Shown: positions 12,574-25,932 of the stretch, piece by piece
Position numbering within the stretch: position 1 is the first letter of the stretch
Layout: every line of letters starts with the position of its first letter
Origin: Spirogloea muscicola
Lineage: Eukaryota
Length of the DNA stretch: 64,000 bases
Assembly: GCA_009602725.1 (NCBI GenBank)
Contig: WELB01000011.1
Span: 95,912 to 159,911, forward strand
Reading direction: 5' to 3'
Made by a program: the position numbers and the translations under genes
The notes under the pieces: model-generated
Databases searched by the model: none
The model's input: only the letters and a program-made list of their open reading frames with translations
Told to the model about the DNA's origin: nothing

Positions 12574-14375
12574 TGGTACCCGCCGTCAGTCTTTTAGGAA
12601 ACAGTTGGAAACCCAGGCATGATCTGGTACGCATATATGAGGAACTTCGCGATGTACGCCTTGTGCAACTGGTGCAGAAGGGCACTATCTGGCGTTGCGG
12701 TTGTGATTGCATCATCGTCAAGCTTGGTCAGCACATCTGTTTACGCCCTTTTGTGAGCAGAAGGGCGTTGTGATCCAGCTTGCTTCGGTCACAAACTGGT
12801 TAGTCCTAGTATGCTCTGGCAACCAGGGCTGGCATTTCACAATATGTACTTGCTGCTTATGCTGCCGCATGCGGGGGGTGAATAGAGACGACTGTAAAGT
12901 TGCTGGATGTTGCAGGTGCAATGAAAGCATGATGGGTCATAGAAGGTCTGGAGACTAAGGGTTTGATAGTGCTGAGTGGAAGGGAGCAGCTATGAGCCGC
13001 AGAGCGATTGTTGTCTTGTAGAGATAATCTGTCTGCCAGATATAAGTAGGCAGGGGATGCCTGGACTAGTCAGCCAGGCAGAAATTGAGAACAGAAAACG
13101 ATGTAGGGTTTGCTACCAGGCGGATCCTCCACCGATGGGCCGATGTGCAGGAGTGAGCACTCTTCCACTTCCATTCCACTTCCATAAACAGGCTGCCCAG
13201 CCCGAAATAGCTGGGTTTTGGACCACAAACAATGGGAATAGATTACCCACGATGTGCAGCCAAAAGCAACCGGCTTCCTAAAAGCCCTGAGCATGAGCAG
13301 CAATCTCTTGCATTGGCCTTCCTGTCCTCGAACTCCATCATGCTGACACTTCTCCGCCCAACATCACTGGAGATGTTTGAGGGGCTGGCTGCTTATATTC
13401 AGTGTCCTCCACCGTGCTGGCTTTGGAGAAGTGCCTCAATATAATCTGCAGGTAAGACGTTCCACCACATTGGTTCGTCCCGTTATGGGCAGGGTTAGGC
13501 AAGCTCGGGTTTGCTCGCGACAGCCACTGCCAGTCCATAATCATCTTCTATGTTGCCACTACCCTCTCGAAGGCAGGCCGCCGCAATTTCCAAACATGTA
13601 GCCACAGTCTGCTCCAGGCTCTCGGGCCAGCCACTTTTCCAGCCACCGCCTGCTCTAGTAGAGACGCCTTGCTTCCGCTGTCATTGACGCTACCGCAGTT
13701 AACTGGTCGCGGCTGCTCAGCCTGCTGAGCAAAGTGGGCTGGCGGCCGTCCTGCCCACCTCACACCTGCAATGTGCCGACTCCTCCGAGCTCGGCCGGCC
13801 GCTCACAGGCGCTGCCCCTCCTTGGGGAGGCTTTGCCGTCCCGGGCTTCCACAGCGGGACACCCCAAGCACCACAAGAAGTAGCTCTTGTAGGAGTAACT
13901 CACTGCTGCCAACGTGGAAGAGCTGTTTCTTGTAGGGGCGCGGGCTGCAGGAAGGGCTGATTCACAGACGATGAAGATGGACGAGGCAGGTGGTGGGTTT
14001 GGAACCTGCGGCTTTGGTTTTGGGGGAGGTGGGCGTTTGGTTCATCAACGATCCTGCTGCTTCTCGTACGGCTTGCTTCCGAGAAGCTCGGGCCGCCAGG
14101 TCATGGGAGTTTGTCGCGGTGCCCTCGGCAGCGGTCCGGGTCGGTCCAAGAACCCCGCCTCCGTCAGGGCGCACGTGCGCAGGCAGCCGCGCCCCGTAGA
14201 GGCCCCGGCTGCAACAGAGCTTTGTTGCGGCATGCCAGCCGTGCTCCCGCACGTGGGCCTTTCCCCGTGCAGACCGGCGGCTTGGCCCCCGCCAGCTGGC
14301 CCCGCAGGCCGTCGTGCGCACGTGCTTGCGGATGCCCCCACCTTCCGCGCTCTTCGGCGCGGATTGCGCGAGGGC

Positions 14376-14449
14376 TCCCGCCAAAAGCGGCCCCTCTCTC
14401 TCCCGCCAAAAGGCGGCCCCCGCGCCACCTCCCTCCTCTCCCGCCAAAA
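14376..14449. promoter_or_regulatory. Three E2F-like sites (TTTTGGCGGGA on minus strand)
   Basis: tcccgccaaaa at 14376-14386, 14401-14411 and 14439-14449 matches the plant E2F consensus WTTSSCSS, in a GC-rich island. Confidence 0.6.
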
Positions 14450-14492
14450 GGGCGGGCCCTGCGCCACCTCCCTCCACTCCGCCCCCCCCCCC

Positions 14493-14709
14493 NNNNNNNN
14501 NNNNNNNNNNNNNNNNNNNNNNNNNNNNNNNNNNNNNNNNNNNNNNNNNNNNNNNNNNNNNNNNNNNNNNNNNNNNNNNNNNNNNNNNNNNNNNNNNNNN
14601 NNNNNNNNNNNNNNNNNNNNNNNNNNNNNNNNNNNNNNNNNNNNNNNNNNNNNNNNNNNNNNNNNNNNNNNNNNNNNNNNNNNNNNNNNNNNNNNNNNNN
14701 NNNNNNNNN
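14493..14709. other. Assembly gap (N run)
   Basis: Run of n seen directly. Confidence 1.
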
Positions 14710-15094
14710 GCTGCCGTCCGCTGCGCCAGCCTCCCGCCGGGACCCGGCCGCCGCAGCGGCCACGCTCGCTGGGCCGCCGCCGCCGTGGCCGTGGCATGCC
14801 CGCGCAGCTGAGCCGTCCTCCCGGCTCTCGATTCTGTCAGCCGGTGTTGTGGCGAACGACGGCGCGCGGCGTTCACCGACGTCTTCGGGGAGCCCGATCC
14901 CCCTCGCCACTGCCCACGATCCTGGCGGCGACGGGCGCGGCAGCTTGGTGCAGTCCCTCCTAGGGGGCGTGCACGTCGTCTCGGCGGTGCCGTCTATCGT
15001 GGTGACCAGCCGCAGCAGCGGCATGGCGGCGGCGCAGTCCAAGCGCGTCTGCATCGACTACCGGCTCGTCGTCGTCGCGAGGGCAAAGGACTGA
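14710..15094 (+). CDS. Hypothetical protein, 3' part; 5' end presumably in the gap
   Basis: GC3-rich open frame ending SLVQSLLGGVHVVSAVPSIVV...SKRVCIDYRLVVVARAKD*, followed by lower-GC 3'UTR-like sequence. No family recognised. Confidence 0.35.
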
Positions 15095-15945
15095 GCCGCC
15101 GGCCCTTGATGCACAAGCAAGGCCTGCACTCATCTTCTCGCGCACACAATCTGGCGAGAGATCACTCCGTGGACGAGCAGTGCAAGGCTGCCCGCAGGCT
15201 GCTGCTGCTGCTGCTGCAAACCTCGAGGAGTCTTGCGATACCCTCGATTGAGCTGTCACCAGCTTCAACGTGAGGCTGCAGCAGCCACTGACTCTAGAAA
15301 TCTACTTGGTCACAGTCTCCATATCCAGGTTGCAACAGCATGCATACACATGTTGACTGATGTACCACTTGAACACTCATAACTAGAGATATTCTTGCTA
15401 CATGTATGGGTGCATGTAGACATGCTGGTGATTGTAGTACATGAGATAGCCGACAAGTCGGCCATCAGATACTAGGCACTTGTCCTAACGAGCCTGCTGA
15501 CACTCACTTCCCAACTGTCCTATAACAGAATGTCAATAGCAACTCAAGGTCTTGGTCATGTTGTTATTGCTGGTATACCCTGAGTGAGTCAGCACCAAGC
15601 AAGACTTCTTAGCAGTCTGCTCTGTAGACAATATCGTGTGGCAGTGCGAGCTAGGAGAGAGAGGAGTTGGAATGAGATAGGTGTTGGAAGCAAATGACAT
15701 GGCTCTTCTACATATTTGGCAGGTCACCTACTCTTAGGGCGGCTCCACTTGCCTCAAAGCGGCTCTACTTGCAAGCAACCCAATCGGCACACCAGATCTA
15801 GGCATGCACTCTTGCAGGGGGTGGTAATTACTGAACCATAAGAACAGCATATTCGGGGTCCTCACATACTCTTAGCTACACTTCCTCACTCTCTCCTGGA
15901 GAACGGAGCAGCCTTGTTCTCCTGTTCAGTAATTGCGAACTTGTA

Positions 15946-18900
15946 CTATTTCTCAAGGATCATTGATTTCATTTCCAGAACCTGCGAGCAGAGAAGAACT
16001 CTCGGTGTGGATGTCCTTGCTGATGGTTTTCCAAGGCTGCTCGGATCTCCTTCGCCTGCCAAGCAGATGACCGAAAGTATGATCAGATCCAGGGTACCTC
16101 GAGGTGACAGAAGGCATCTGTCAAAGGTTGTCAGGATTGGCTATGACCTCAATGCTAATTGCAGGTTGTGCAATTTGCAGCTACACAGCCACTACTTACG
16201 AAGACGCAACCAGTACTCAACAGCCCAACTTGCTCTACGAGCAAGTACCATGTCTCTCTGGAAACTTAGTGGTCTAAAATTACTGTCAAATACAGTATGC
16301 ATGGCCACTTTGACTGCTTGAGGACAAGCTCCAGTAGCCTTAAGTACACCCAGAAGGTGCAACACGGGCAGCATGCTTTGCTTTGGGCGATTCTAAATTG
16401 TGAAGATGCAGATGACGTACATCAAGGCGCCCATCGTGGTCTGTATCGAGCATCCTAAACACAAGGTCCAGCTCCCTCTGCAATACCCAGAAATATTACA
16501 GTTGATGCATGGCTGAGAAGCCAGCTTAAGTACAGCCACACAAGAATAGACATGGCATGTGCTTGTTCGCTCTAAAAGAACGTGGCCACCTCACCTTGCG
16601 GACGTTCTTGGCAGATGGGTGAGCCTTGCACAAGAGAAGAAAGTCGTCCTTTTTCACTATTCCATCTGCAGATTCCAAGGTAGTAATGACTCAGGCATAG
16701 ATCATTTCAAGCGTTGATATTATGCAGCCCTACTAGATATGTACGTTGCCAGTCAGCGGTGCGAACAAAGCGGAGTGCACATCAAGCACCAGCTTCTGTT
16801 GGCCAAGTCTTAATCAAGCAAGACTTTAAACCATGCCTAGCCTTGCAGGATCACAACAAGCACTGACAAACCAAGGCTCACCTTGGCTAGCTACGGCGTG
16901 TACTATATCGTCAATGTCGTCCATATGCTGAAGAAGGTCCCGAAGCGCTGCTTGGTCCTGCAAGTGTGACCAGGACTTGTCACATCAGATGTTCAGAAGT
17001 CATCACATCGTGTTCATGTAATTTCTTTTCAGGACAAGCTGGACTTGCCACCAGGCACAGTGATGTAGCATCATCTTACAAACAACCATGCATTCGACCA
17101 AACAGACGTATGGTCAATCAGTACGCAGAGACAAGACAAGAGATGAGGCCTACTTGGGCACGTCTCCTGTCAGCCGTGCTCGGTCGAATTTGGAAGAAGT
17201 AAATGAAGACTGCAAGTATTGCCACTGAGGACAGCGCAGTGCTCCCTACCACATAAGCAAAAAAGTGCGGGTGGTCCTCCACCCCACTGAGATTGCGCCA
17301 CATGACAGCGTTGAGTGAGGTTGCTTTGAGATAAGCCCTGACTGATTATGCCTGCCACTTGTATCGTATATTCAGCCCACCTTGCCATGGCAGGTGACTT
17401 GCCAATGAGAAGCACCTTCGCAGTGAGACTCACTTGGGTATGTTCATGCCAAAAAAGGCAGCTGGTACAGTTGCCCTGCGCCCACATCAAACAAGGGCAG
17501 CTCATTGGGTCTGATCCAGTGATTGCCACAGGTTTAATATCTTAACATGCTTGTATTAACATACTTGTCCGACTGTCATTGGACTGCGACAAGTGTACAT
17601 GAAGGGTCATAACTTTTGAATGCCAAGGAAGACTGTAACTGTCAGTGTCATGCAGATTATACATCACGGTCCATGTCATGAGGAACTGTCAGAATATGGC
17701 AGTTTACAATTGTTGACAGGAGTTCAAGAGACTGTGTGGTGGTCTCACGAGGTCAGGCAGAGAGTAGCAATGGACGTGAAGAGGTTGACCCGGATGATGC
17801 GGTTGCGCGTTGTGTCCAGCCCTAGCTCCCACACCTGCCCGACACCCAGGCCAGCAGCTTGTAAGCAGGCCACTAACGCATCTACCACCCCAATGACGCC
17901 TTTGTGCTTGGCAGCCCTCCTTTTACAAGAATGAGTTTTAGTCATTACAATTGTACGTGCGTCCATCTGCAATGTGCTCAGGATCTGGGCATTTTCAAGC
18001 CAAGGGACCTCTTGTGCCGCTTCCATGTTGGTCCGAAGCTCCGAGAGTGCACCCCCTACATCTTGCAGCTGGCACAAGCGATACGAGCATGCCACAAGCT
18101 TGGTGGTCAATGATACTGAGCTGCCAGATGCGAGTCAGCAGCAGGCCCACGCCTGAATCAGAAACTCAGTCTTGGTGGGCTTTCGAACAATTCCTCCTCA
18201 ATTCTGCGGATCTTAATGATCCTCTGCCATGATTTTATTGAAAGTCTCCATCCTTGCCTGGTACCTCGTTAGTGTAAGAGATGAGCATGTCCACTGTGGC
18301 TGCCTTAGCCTTGTGTTGCCGTTCCTCTACTGCCTGGGAGCCATTTCTGCGTCCTGCATCAAGAACATGGACAGCAGTGTGGCACGAGCTGGTCACAATG
18401 AGCTCTGATGAGCTCGTCCATTTGTCGCAGCCTCCGCGGTCAACACACATGACTTAATGACTTGCATGCTGTGTTTTTAGATTATTGTAATCGTGTTACA
18501 GCCTTGACTAACATTGTACTCTAAGCCGAGATGATCTGACTTGAGACCAAGATACTGACTCATTGTTGATCACAATTGCCAAAGCTACCAGACTGGCCCA
18601 ATGACAGCAAACATTCTTTGAGGCACTCACTGTGCCCGCCAGAATTTGCGCCGAGATCATAGTACACCGAGTCGCCAACTGCCTCGGGCCAAGATTGCGG
18701 GGAGGACCCATCGCACAGCAGCCCAAGCATGTCTTCATTGCCGAGCACCTGAGCAGAGCACAGCACCTCGAAAACGTCATACAAGGGGTACACAATGATT
18801 GCATGCTGCAATTTATATATTTTCGTCTTGTACACCAGCGAAGTGCAGATTAGCCAGAGCAGATGGTACCGACTATTGTCGAGAGGACGGACGTAGATAG

Positions 18901-20881
18901 AGAAAGGCCGAGTGCCAAGACAGGGAGCTCGAAGCAATCACCTCCTCGATAGCACTATGAGTCTCACGCACGTCGTTTTCAAGGCTCGTAAGAGCTACCT
19001 TTAGTGGCAGCAGGCGGTGCAAGCTGCGCCATGACAAGCCCCACCCTGATTGTCAGCCTTGCCGAAATATGATGAATTGTCCAGCGGCTCGCTTCAGTGA
19101 AGAGTAAGTAAACCCGTTTGCACGATCGATCTCACATCTATCCACATGATGGAGTCCCAGAGCAACCCATTATTGAGCATCATGCGAGCCCGTACCCAGC
19201 CAAGCTCACATCCTCTGTGAGGTCCTCCAGCATCCGTTCCACGACCATCCGCAGCCTTCTCTGAGCAGGATGGAATAGAAGTAAAAATGGCAGCAGAATC
19301 TTTACAAGATAAGTCCTCAATTACAAATTAACTGAGTGACTCTGCGAGAAAGTGGGTCACTCTGCCGTTCATCTTCGGTGCTTCTGAAGACAGAATAGCA
19401 ATTGTTTATGCTGTTGGAAGTCTGTGTTGTGCTGCCCTGCCTCTCAAACTTGTGGTCGAAGAAGGAGGTTGTCTCGTGCAGGATGCCTTCGAGCATGCGG
19501 AGCTGGAAGGGCATGGTGCCCCACGTGAACGATGCTGGCCGTCGCTCCAGCTCTGACATGGTCATCGCGAACGCATCCGTCGACCTGGCAACGCTGATGA
19601 GCGCCTCAGCTGCTAGTACAGTGTGCGACACCTGAGTAGCATTCGAAGATAGCTCGGTCAATGCAAAGCAAGTGAAGGGCCATGGCCTTTTCTGGGGCCT
19701 TGTTGAGAGGCCCAGGTCACCCACCGGATGTATCCGCCCTGCATTTGCCTGTCGCCACCTCCATGGCCATCCTCCTCCTGGTCGCAGCTGTTGCCTCTGC
19801 TGCTGCTGTCCTCCTTGTCGACCGACAGCGCCTTGACGCCGGCGCTGAGCGGCCGGTGCCGCTTTGCAGACGCCCTGCAGCACCTCAGCAAGAACTTAGC
19901 ATCACACGTCTACAATGGACGCATGCGGCATCGGCACCCTGTACACTGCCGAGAAAGCTTGGAGCAGCCCGGAGTTCTGCAAGTGAGGAGGACTGACTGG
20001 CCAGGGGACCAAGAAGGACGAGGGCTCACCTCGGGCGGCGCGCATCGAAGAAGAGGGCGTAGTCCTCAGCCACCACGGCGCGCACATTCTCCATCCTCAC
20101 AAGAAGCTGCGCGCAAAGCTCCGGCTCAGACTCATGGACCTCGGCCTCAGGGACATCTGGCGTGGCAAAGGAGGGTGCTTGGCGCCGTGGCCAAGGGGGG
20201 GCTCACTTTGTTGCTGCGGATGGCCAGGACAGCCCGCTTTGGCGCGAATGAGGAGCTGTCGACCGCGTCCAGGTCCCGGGGCCGCATGCCCTGCAGCAAG
20301 CGTCGACGGCCGACAACGGCTCAAGCCTTCAACCTCAGCGACACCAGTGAGGAGCAGCGCCGCAGTGGCCCCTCTGCTGCGTAGCGAGAGCGAGAGCGAG
20401 AAGGAGTGGTGAGCGAGAGAGCCTCACCAGCTCGTCGAGGTCGAGAGCCATGCGCCGGTGCCCGCCGCCGGCGTCGAGGCGCACGACCTGCATGCAGCGG
20501 CGGCAAGCTCACTCAGCAGCTCTGGGATTCCGGGTTCAGAATTCCAAGGATGAAAGCTTGTTACAAAGCTATATGCTTTCCTGATTCTACACATCAATCC
20601 AAAGACTAAAAGTTTAGGCGGACCTGGTATGGCTTGCCATCCGGCACACTCGGCGTCTGCTGAGGCTCTGCGGCAGCGGCCGACCCCAGTGGCGCTCTCT
20701 GCATGAGCTGCCGCCACATAGTGCCACGCAATGGCCGCCAGGCGGCCCACTCCGTCTGTGTCGGCAGTGGTGGTAATGGAGGCGGCAGGGCAGAGCTGCT
20801 GCGGCTGGCGGCCGCTGCTGGGCCTCTCAGCAGCCGCCGGGCCAGCCGCGCTGCGGAGCTCCACTGCAGTGGTGCCGCCAT
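15946..20881 (-). CDS. MRS2: MRS2/CorA-family Mg2+ transporter with mitochondrial-type presequence and C-terminal EF-hand
   Basis: Exons encode MAAPLQWSSAARLARRLLR, GMRPRDLD, MENVRAVV, PFQLRMLEGIL, LDTTRNRIIRVNLFTSIATLCL, TVPAAFFGMNIP (GMN motif at about 17440) and TM2 FFAYVVGSTALSSVAILAVFIYFF. The tail ends LDLVFRMLDTDHDGRLD|VLEMKSMILEK*. Confidence 0.92.
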
Positions 20882-21101
20882 GGCAGGCCCGTGCCGCGAT
20901 CAGCTGCGGATTTGTGAGCTCAACTTGTGAGCTCAATTAGCTGCATAATGTGTGCATGCGGGACTTTGGTTGGAGGAGATGGGGAACAGAGGAGGGGGGC
21001 GGAGGAGGGCCAGCAGACAGCCCTACGACGTGAAGACGGTAATGTCTCAGCATGGGTGTGAGATTAGCAACAGGGGTGCTGAGGAGAGGGGGGTCATTGG
21101 N

Positions 21102-21291
<190 letters not shown>

Positions 21292-21431
21292 CTCGAGCAA
21301 GCCCGGGTGGCCGGGTCCGCAAGGTGTGCAGGGCCGCAGAGCTCGTCACAGCCAGCGCCGTTGCTCGCCAGAGCGCCCACATGCCCGGGCGTCTGGCGTC
21401 CTGCCCCCCTGCGCCACCGCAGCCGCCGGAG

Positions 21432-24400
21432 ATGGCCGCTGCCGAGCGCCTCGGCGACGCCGCCACCGCCGGCGGTTCCTGCGACGTCGCACCCGACCAC
21501 CGCCGCGTGGTTGCCCACTTCGTAAGTGCAGCGCCGCTGCAAGCCCTCGCCACGCCAGCTCGCCCGCGCTGCCGGGCGGCCTGCCGCTGCGACGGCCTGA
21601 CGGTGCAGCCATGGCCGCGGCGGCGCTGCAACTGGCAGGACCTGGACTGCTTCTACGCGCAGGTGGAGGAGCAGCGGCGGCCTGAGCTGGCCGGCCGGCC
21701 CCTCGGCGTCACACAGGTGGGCTTGGCTCTGGCTCTGGTCTCGTTGGCTCGCACAGGAGCCTGTCTGCCGTGCCAGTCTCAGAGGCTGGCAGTCATGGCT
21801 GCCTGCACCTGTCGCAGTGGCCTTGAACCCTGGTAGCTGCACACCTAGAGTCATTATCTTGCACTATTATGTAAGAGCCTTAGTACACACCCGAGAGCGA
21901 AGTGATTCCCGTTAAATCAAACACTGACATGACATAGTTCCGTTCCTCCATCCTGCCACCACTCGATGTGGCGCTGCAGAAGTATCTGGTGGTGACGAGC
22001 AACTACGCAGCGCGGCGGCTGGGCGTGCCCAAGATGGTCCCCATCACCGACGCCAAGAGGAAGTACGCATGCTGGGGCTGCCTTTCGCCACTAAGTCGGA
22101 GCCTCCTCCCGTCTTTCATTACCGCTTGACTCTGGCTGAAGCTGGAGCTAGGCTAATGGCTGCGCGCAGAATTATGCACTGGCAATGGCTGCTTGGCAGC
22201 TCCTGTTGCATTGCCAATGCCGAAACTATTTCCGCAGCAAGCCCTTCTCCTACCTCCGCTTTACATGTAGAGTGGAGTCTGGGGCTGGCGCGCAGGTGCC
22301 CGGACCTGGTGCTGATCAACGGCGAGGACCTGACGCCATACCGCGCGGCCAGCCGGCGCATCATGGACGTCCTCCGCCGGTGGGGTACGGTGGAGAGGTG
22401 TGAGATGCCGCCCGCCTTGACACTCGTCTCGCAGTTCCGCTCCCCTACAATGAGAAGCGCTTGCATCAGTCCCAACTGACTGCACAGCCCAACTTGCGAG
22501 TGCAAAATCAGAAGCCTGGACTTGCCGAGCTTGTGCAGGCTTGGCCTGGATGAGGCCGTAGTGGACCTCACGGCGGAAGTAGCTGCAAGGGTGCGCGACG
22601 GTAGCGTGCCGGCAGAGTACTGCGGCCACGTCGTCTCTACGGCCCCGGCTGTCGCCGCCGACCTGGCGCCTGGCGGCGACAGCAGCGCCAGGTGCTGTCC
22701 AGGGCCCGGCAGTAAAGAGGAGGTGGCAGAGCTGCGAGACGGCACTCCGGAAGCTCCTACGCAGGACTGGACAGCGCGCCGAGTGGTGTACAACGCATTC
22801 GAGAGCAGCGGCCAGGAGGTCCCTGCCGGCAGCAGAGGCAGGAGCCCGCAGCAGGGCCTAAGTATTCCCAGGGCCCAGCAGCAGAGTGCGGAAGTCGAGG
22901 CCACCTTGCGGCCATTAGGTGAGGTCGAGCTGATGTTGGGCAGCCAGGTGGCGCTGGAGGTGCGGTGCGCCCTGGAGACCGAGACCGGGTACCGCTGCTC
23001 CTGCGGCATCGCCCACAATGTGCGGTGCTGGAAACCCCACCTCCATTCACACAATCCTAAACCCTACCCCTAAACTCTAAACCCGTATACCTTGAACCCT
23101 AAACCCCTAAAACCAAACCCTAAACCCTAAGGTCCTGGCGCGGCCTATCTGTTGTAGACCTTTCATGCATTCCATGACTGAATCAGCTCGGAGCTGCCAT
23201 TGCAGAAGATGCTGGCAAAGATGGCGTGCGGGCTGCACAAGCCGAATGCGCAGACATCACTGCCAGCAACCGTGGTTGCCTCCTTCATTGCGCCGCTCCC
23301 GGCCCGCAAGGTCGGCCACGACAGCCTGTCCCCTCACAATGATACTTCTGGCAAAAGATTCACTTTGACACACTTACCTGCATATGCCTCTTCTCTGAGC
23401 ATCAACATTTAGTGGTAATGCATTAAAGGCTGGTCATCTCTCGTAGAAAAGTTGATATCTTGTTCGGCCATGTCGGAATCAGACAGTATATGCAGCCATG
23501 TGCTCCAGCAGGAAAATAGGTGACACACCGACACTGGCCCTACGGCCATGCTCCCAAGTTGTTGATTATTTGAATCGCCTTTGACTGAAATCGAAGCCAG
23601 TATGCAGGTGCCAGGTGTGGGGCATCACTTCTCTAGAGCATTGCAAGATATTGGCGTGCAGACCATCTTGGACCTGCAGCAGCTGTCGCTTGACCACCTC
23701 ATTTCGATGTAACTGCTGCCTCTTTCGTATAGCCTCCTCTCGACTCTTATGTCGTAGACTTACATTCAAGTCTTTCTTCAAGGTCTTCTTTGTAGCCTCC
23801 TCTCTGCCCATGTGTCATAGACTTACAGTTGTGTCTTCCTCCAAGCTCTTGCAACCCGGGGTCATATCAATGTACCTTCATGGTGGTTTTATTGCAATGG
23901 CTTTGCTGTTGAGGATGCCTGATCCTCTAATGGAATGTTAGACCCTTTTGTTTGTGCACTCTGCCTCTGCCAGTCTTTTCAGCTGTGATCACTTAAGCTG
24001 TTGCATGGCACAGGCTGGGTGCACTGATCGCCTTTGCATTCTCATTGATAAGTGATAATTGCTCAGTGATCGTGACACTCAAGTCGGGCGCTCTTGTTGA
24101 TCAGCTTTGGGCCACAGGTGGGTACCTTCATGCATGAAGCAAGCAGAGGGCTGGATGGCACGCCCGTGCGGGACAGGGGCCCGCCCAAGTCTATCTCCGT
24201 CGAGGACTCCTTCCGCGGTTGCACTTCCCGCGCAATTGCACAGGTGTGGTCCCAGCTCTAACCAACAGTGGATGCTGAGCAGCTTACATGAGGGATCGCA
24301 CCAGCTCACTAGGTGGACACATCTCAGTTCTCATGCTCACATCTTGTATCATATGTGAGTTGTAATTGTGCGCAGACGATTCTGGCCATGCTCGCCCCCG

Positions 24401-25932
24401 ACTTCATTGCACGCCTGGACGAGGACAGGGAAGAGACGGGGAGGACACCCAGGACGCTGACTGTCAAGTGGAGGGCGAAGGGGCAGGCTGGTATGCCCCA
24501 CCAACCCCCCTCTTGCTAGCATGGCGCCAAAAGGTCCTAGCTGACGAATTTTCTACCTTGCAAATTCTTCACTACTTATGGTGGCCATCTTAGGCTCATA
24601 GACATCTCTTAGGCTAATGGATAGCCAGCAAGGAACAGAACTTGTACTAAATATAGGTGAGAAAACTATTTCAGGCTCCCACTCGCTGATTCGTCCCGAG
24701 TACGAAATCATGTAGCACTGTGACAGCTCGTTCATTGCCTGCACTGTTAGGAGTGTGCTTAATTTATTCACAAAGTCATCCTCACTTTGATCGTCTGCAA
24801 CAGGCGATTCTCGTCAATTTCATGCCCAATGCCGGCGGATGTCACGTCAAGGGCAATGCCAAGTGAAGGCCGGGCAGAAGCTGCAACAAGCTGCGCAGTG
24901 CGTCTATTAGCGAGGGCGTTTGACAACAGCGCTGAATTCAACCTCGCGGTTCTCAACCTTGGCGCGACAAACTTTGTTCCTGCCGACGGCACTGAAGCAA
25001 GCGGGGATGGCTGCAGCATTCAGGGCTACTTTGACAAGGGCGAAGATGCGGCGGCGCAGTGTATGGCAGTGATTTCTGCCAGCCTGCAGAGTCAGCTGGC
25101 AGAGCTGCAGCGGACATCGCCGAGCTGCGGCCGGCACCGAGGCAAACGAGAGGCACGGGCAGAGCGGGAGGAGCGGTGTGGAACTATTCACTCGGGGAAA
25201 GCTTCACCTGTTGTTGCCAAAGGCGGCACAGGAGGTCGAGCTTCGCCGGCCAGGACGGCGTGGCATGACGAGACTCTCGCAGCTGAAAGCGAAGGTGTGA
25301 AGCGCTGCTCCAGAACTTCAGCAATGAAATCTGACTCTCTCTGAGTTTGCTCGACCAGATTTGCTAGCTTGCTCTGCAGATCAAAGCGTACGAGCGAATG
25401 GCTGTATCTTGCTCAGCTCACTGCTGTTACGTTTGCATACCTTTTTTGATGCTGAAATCTGCAAGCATTTGCAGACGATGAGGACGACAGCATCTGGCAG
25501 GACCGGCGGGAGGCGAGCTACGTGCGACAGCTCCGGAGGCTGCCACCAGCCAGCAGCCTTTCCGCTGCCACAGCAGACCGGCACTCAAAGCCCGACGATA
25601 GCACTGGCTTTTGGAACCACGTAAAAAGCAGCTCGCCGGCCCCTGACGACAAATCGGACGCAGCTTGGGTGTGTACCAAATGCGGCGAGCAGGTTTGGGA
25701 TGGCCTGCAGGCAGCACAGGAGCACCAGGACTTCCATATGGCTGCAAGGCTGCAGGCAAACGAGCAAGGCGGCCTCGACCGGAAGCCATGGCCACTCAAG
25801 TCTTCTCTAGACGGGCTGTTTGATTCGGTAGCCACTCGCCGGGCGCCAACCGCAGTATCATCTCGAGACCTTGTTAAGCGGCCAAGGAGGGCAACGCTCG
25901 ATCAATTTTTCTCAAGACACTCGCTTTCCTGA
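21432..25932 (+). CDS. POLI: Y-family translesion DNA polymerase iota
   Basis: Spliced N-terminus RVVAHF|DLDCFYAQVEE..PELAGRPLGVTQ|KYLVVTSNYAAR..CPDLVLINGEDLTPYR..VER|LGLDEAVVD and CGIAHN|KMLAK..LHKPNAQT. The QKYLVVT and NGEDLT motifs are iota-type. Confidence 0.9.
23056..23130. repeat. Degenerate interstitial telomere-like (CCCTAAA)n cluster in a POLI intron
   Basis: cctaaaccctacccctaaactctaaaccc...aaccctaaacccctaaaaccaaaccctaaaccctaa. Confidence 0.85.
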
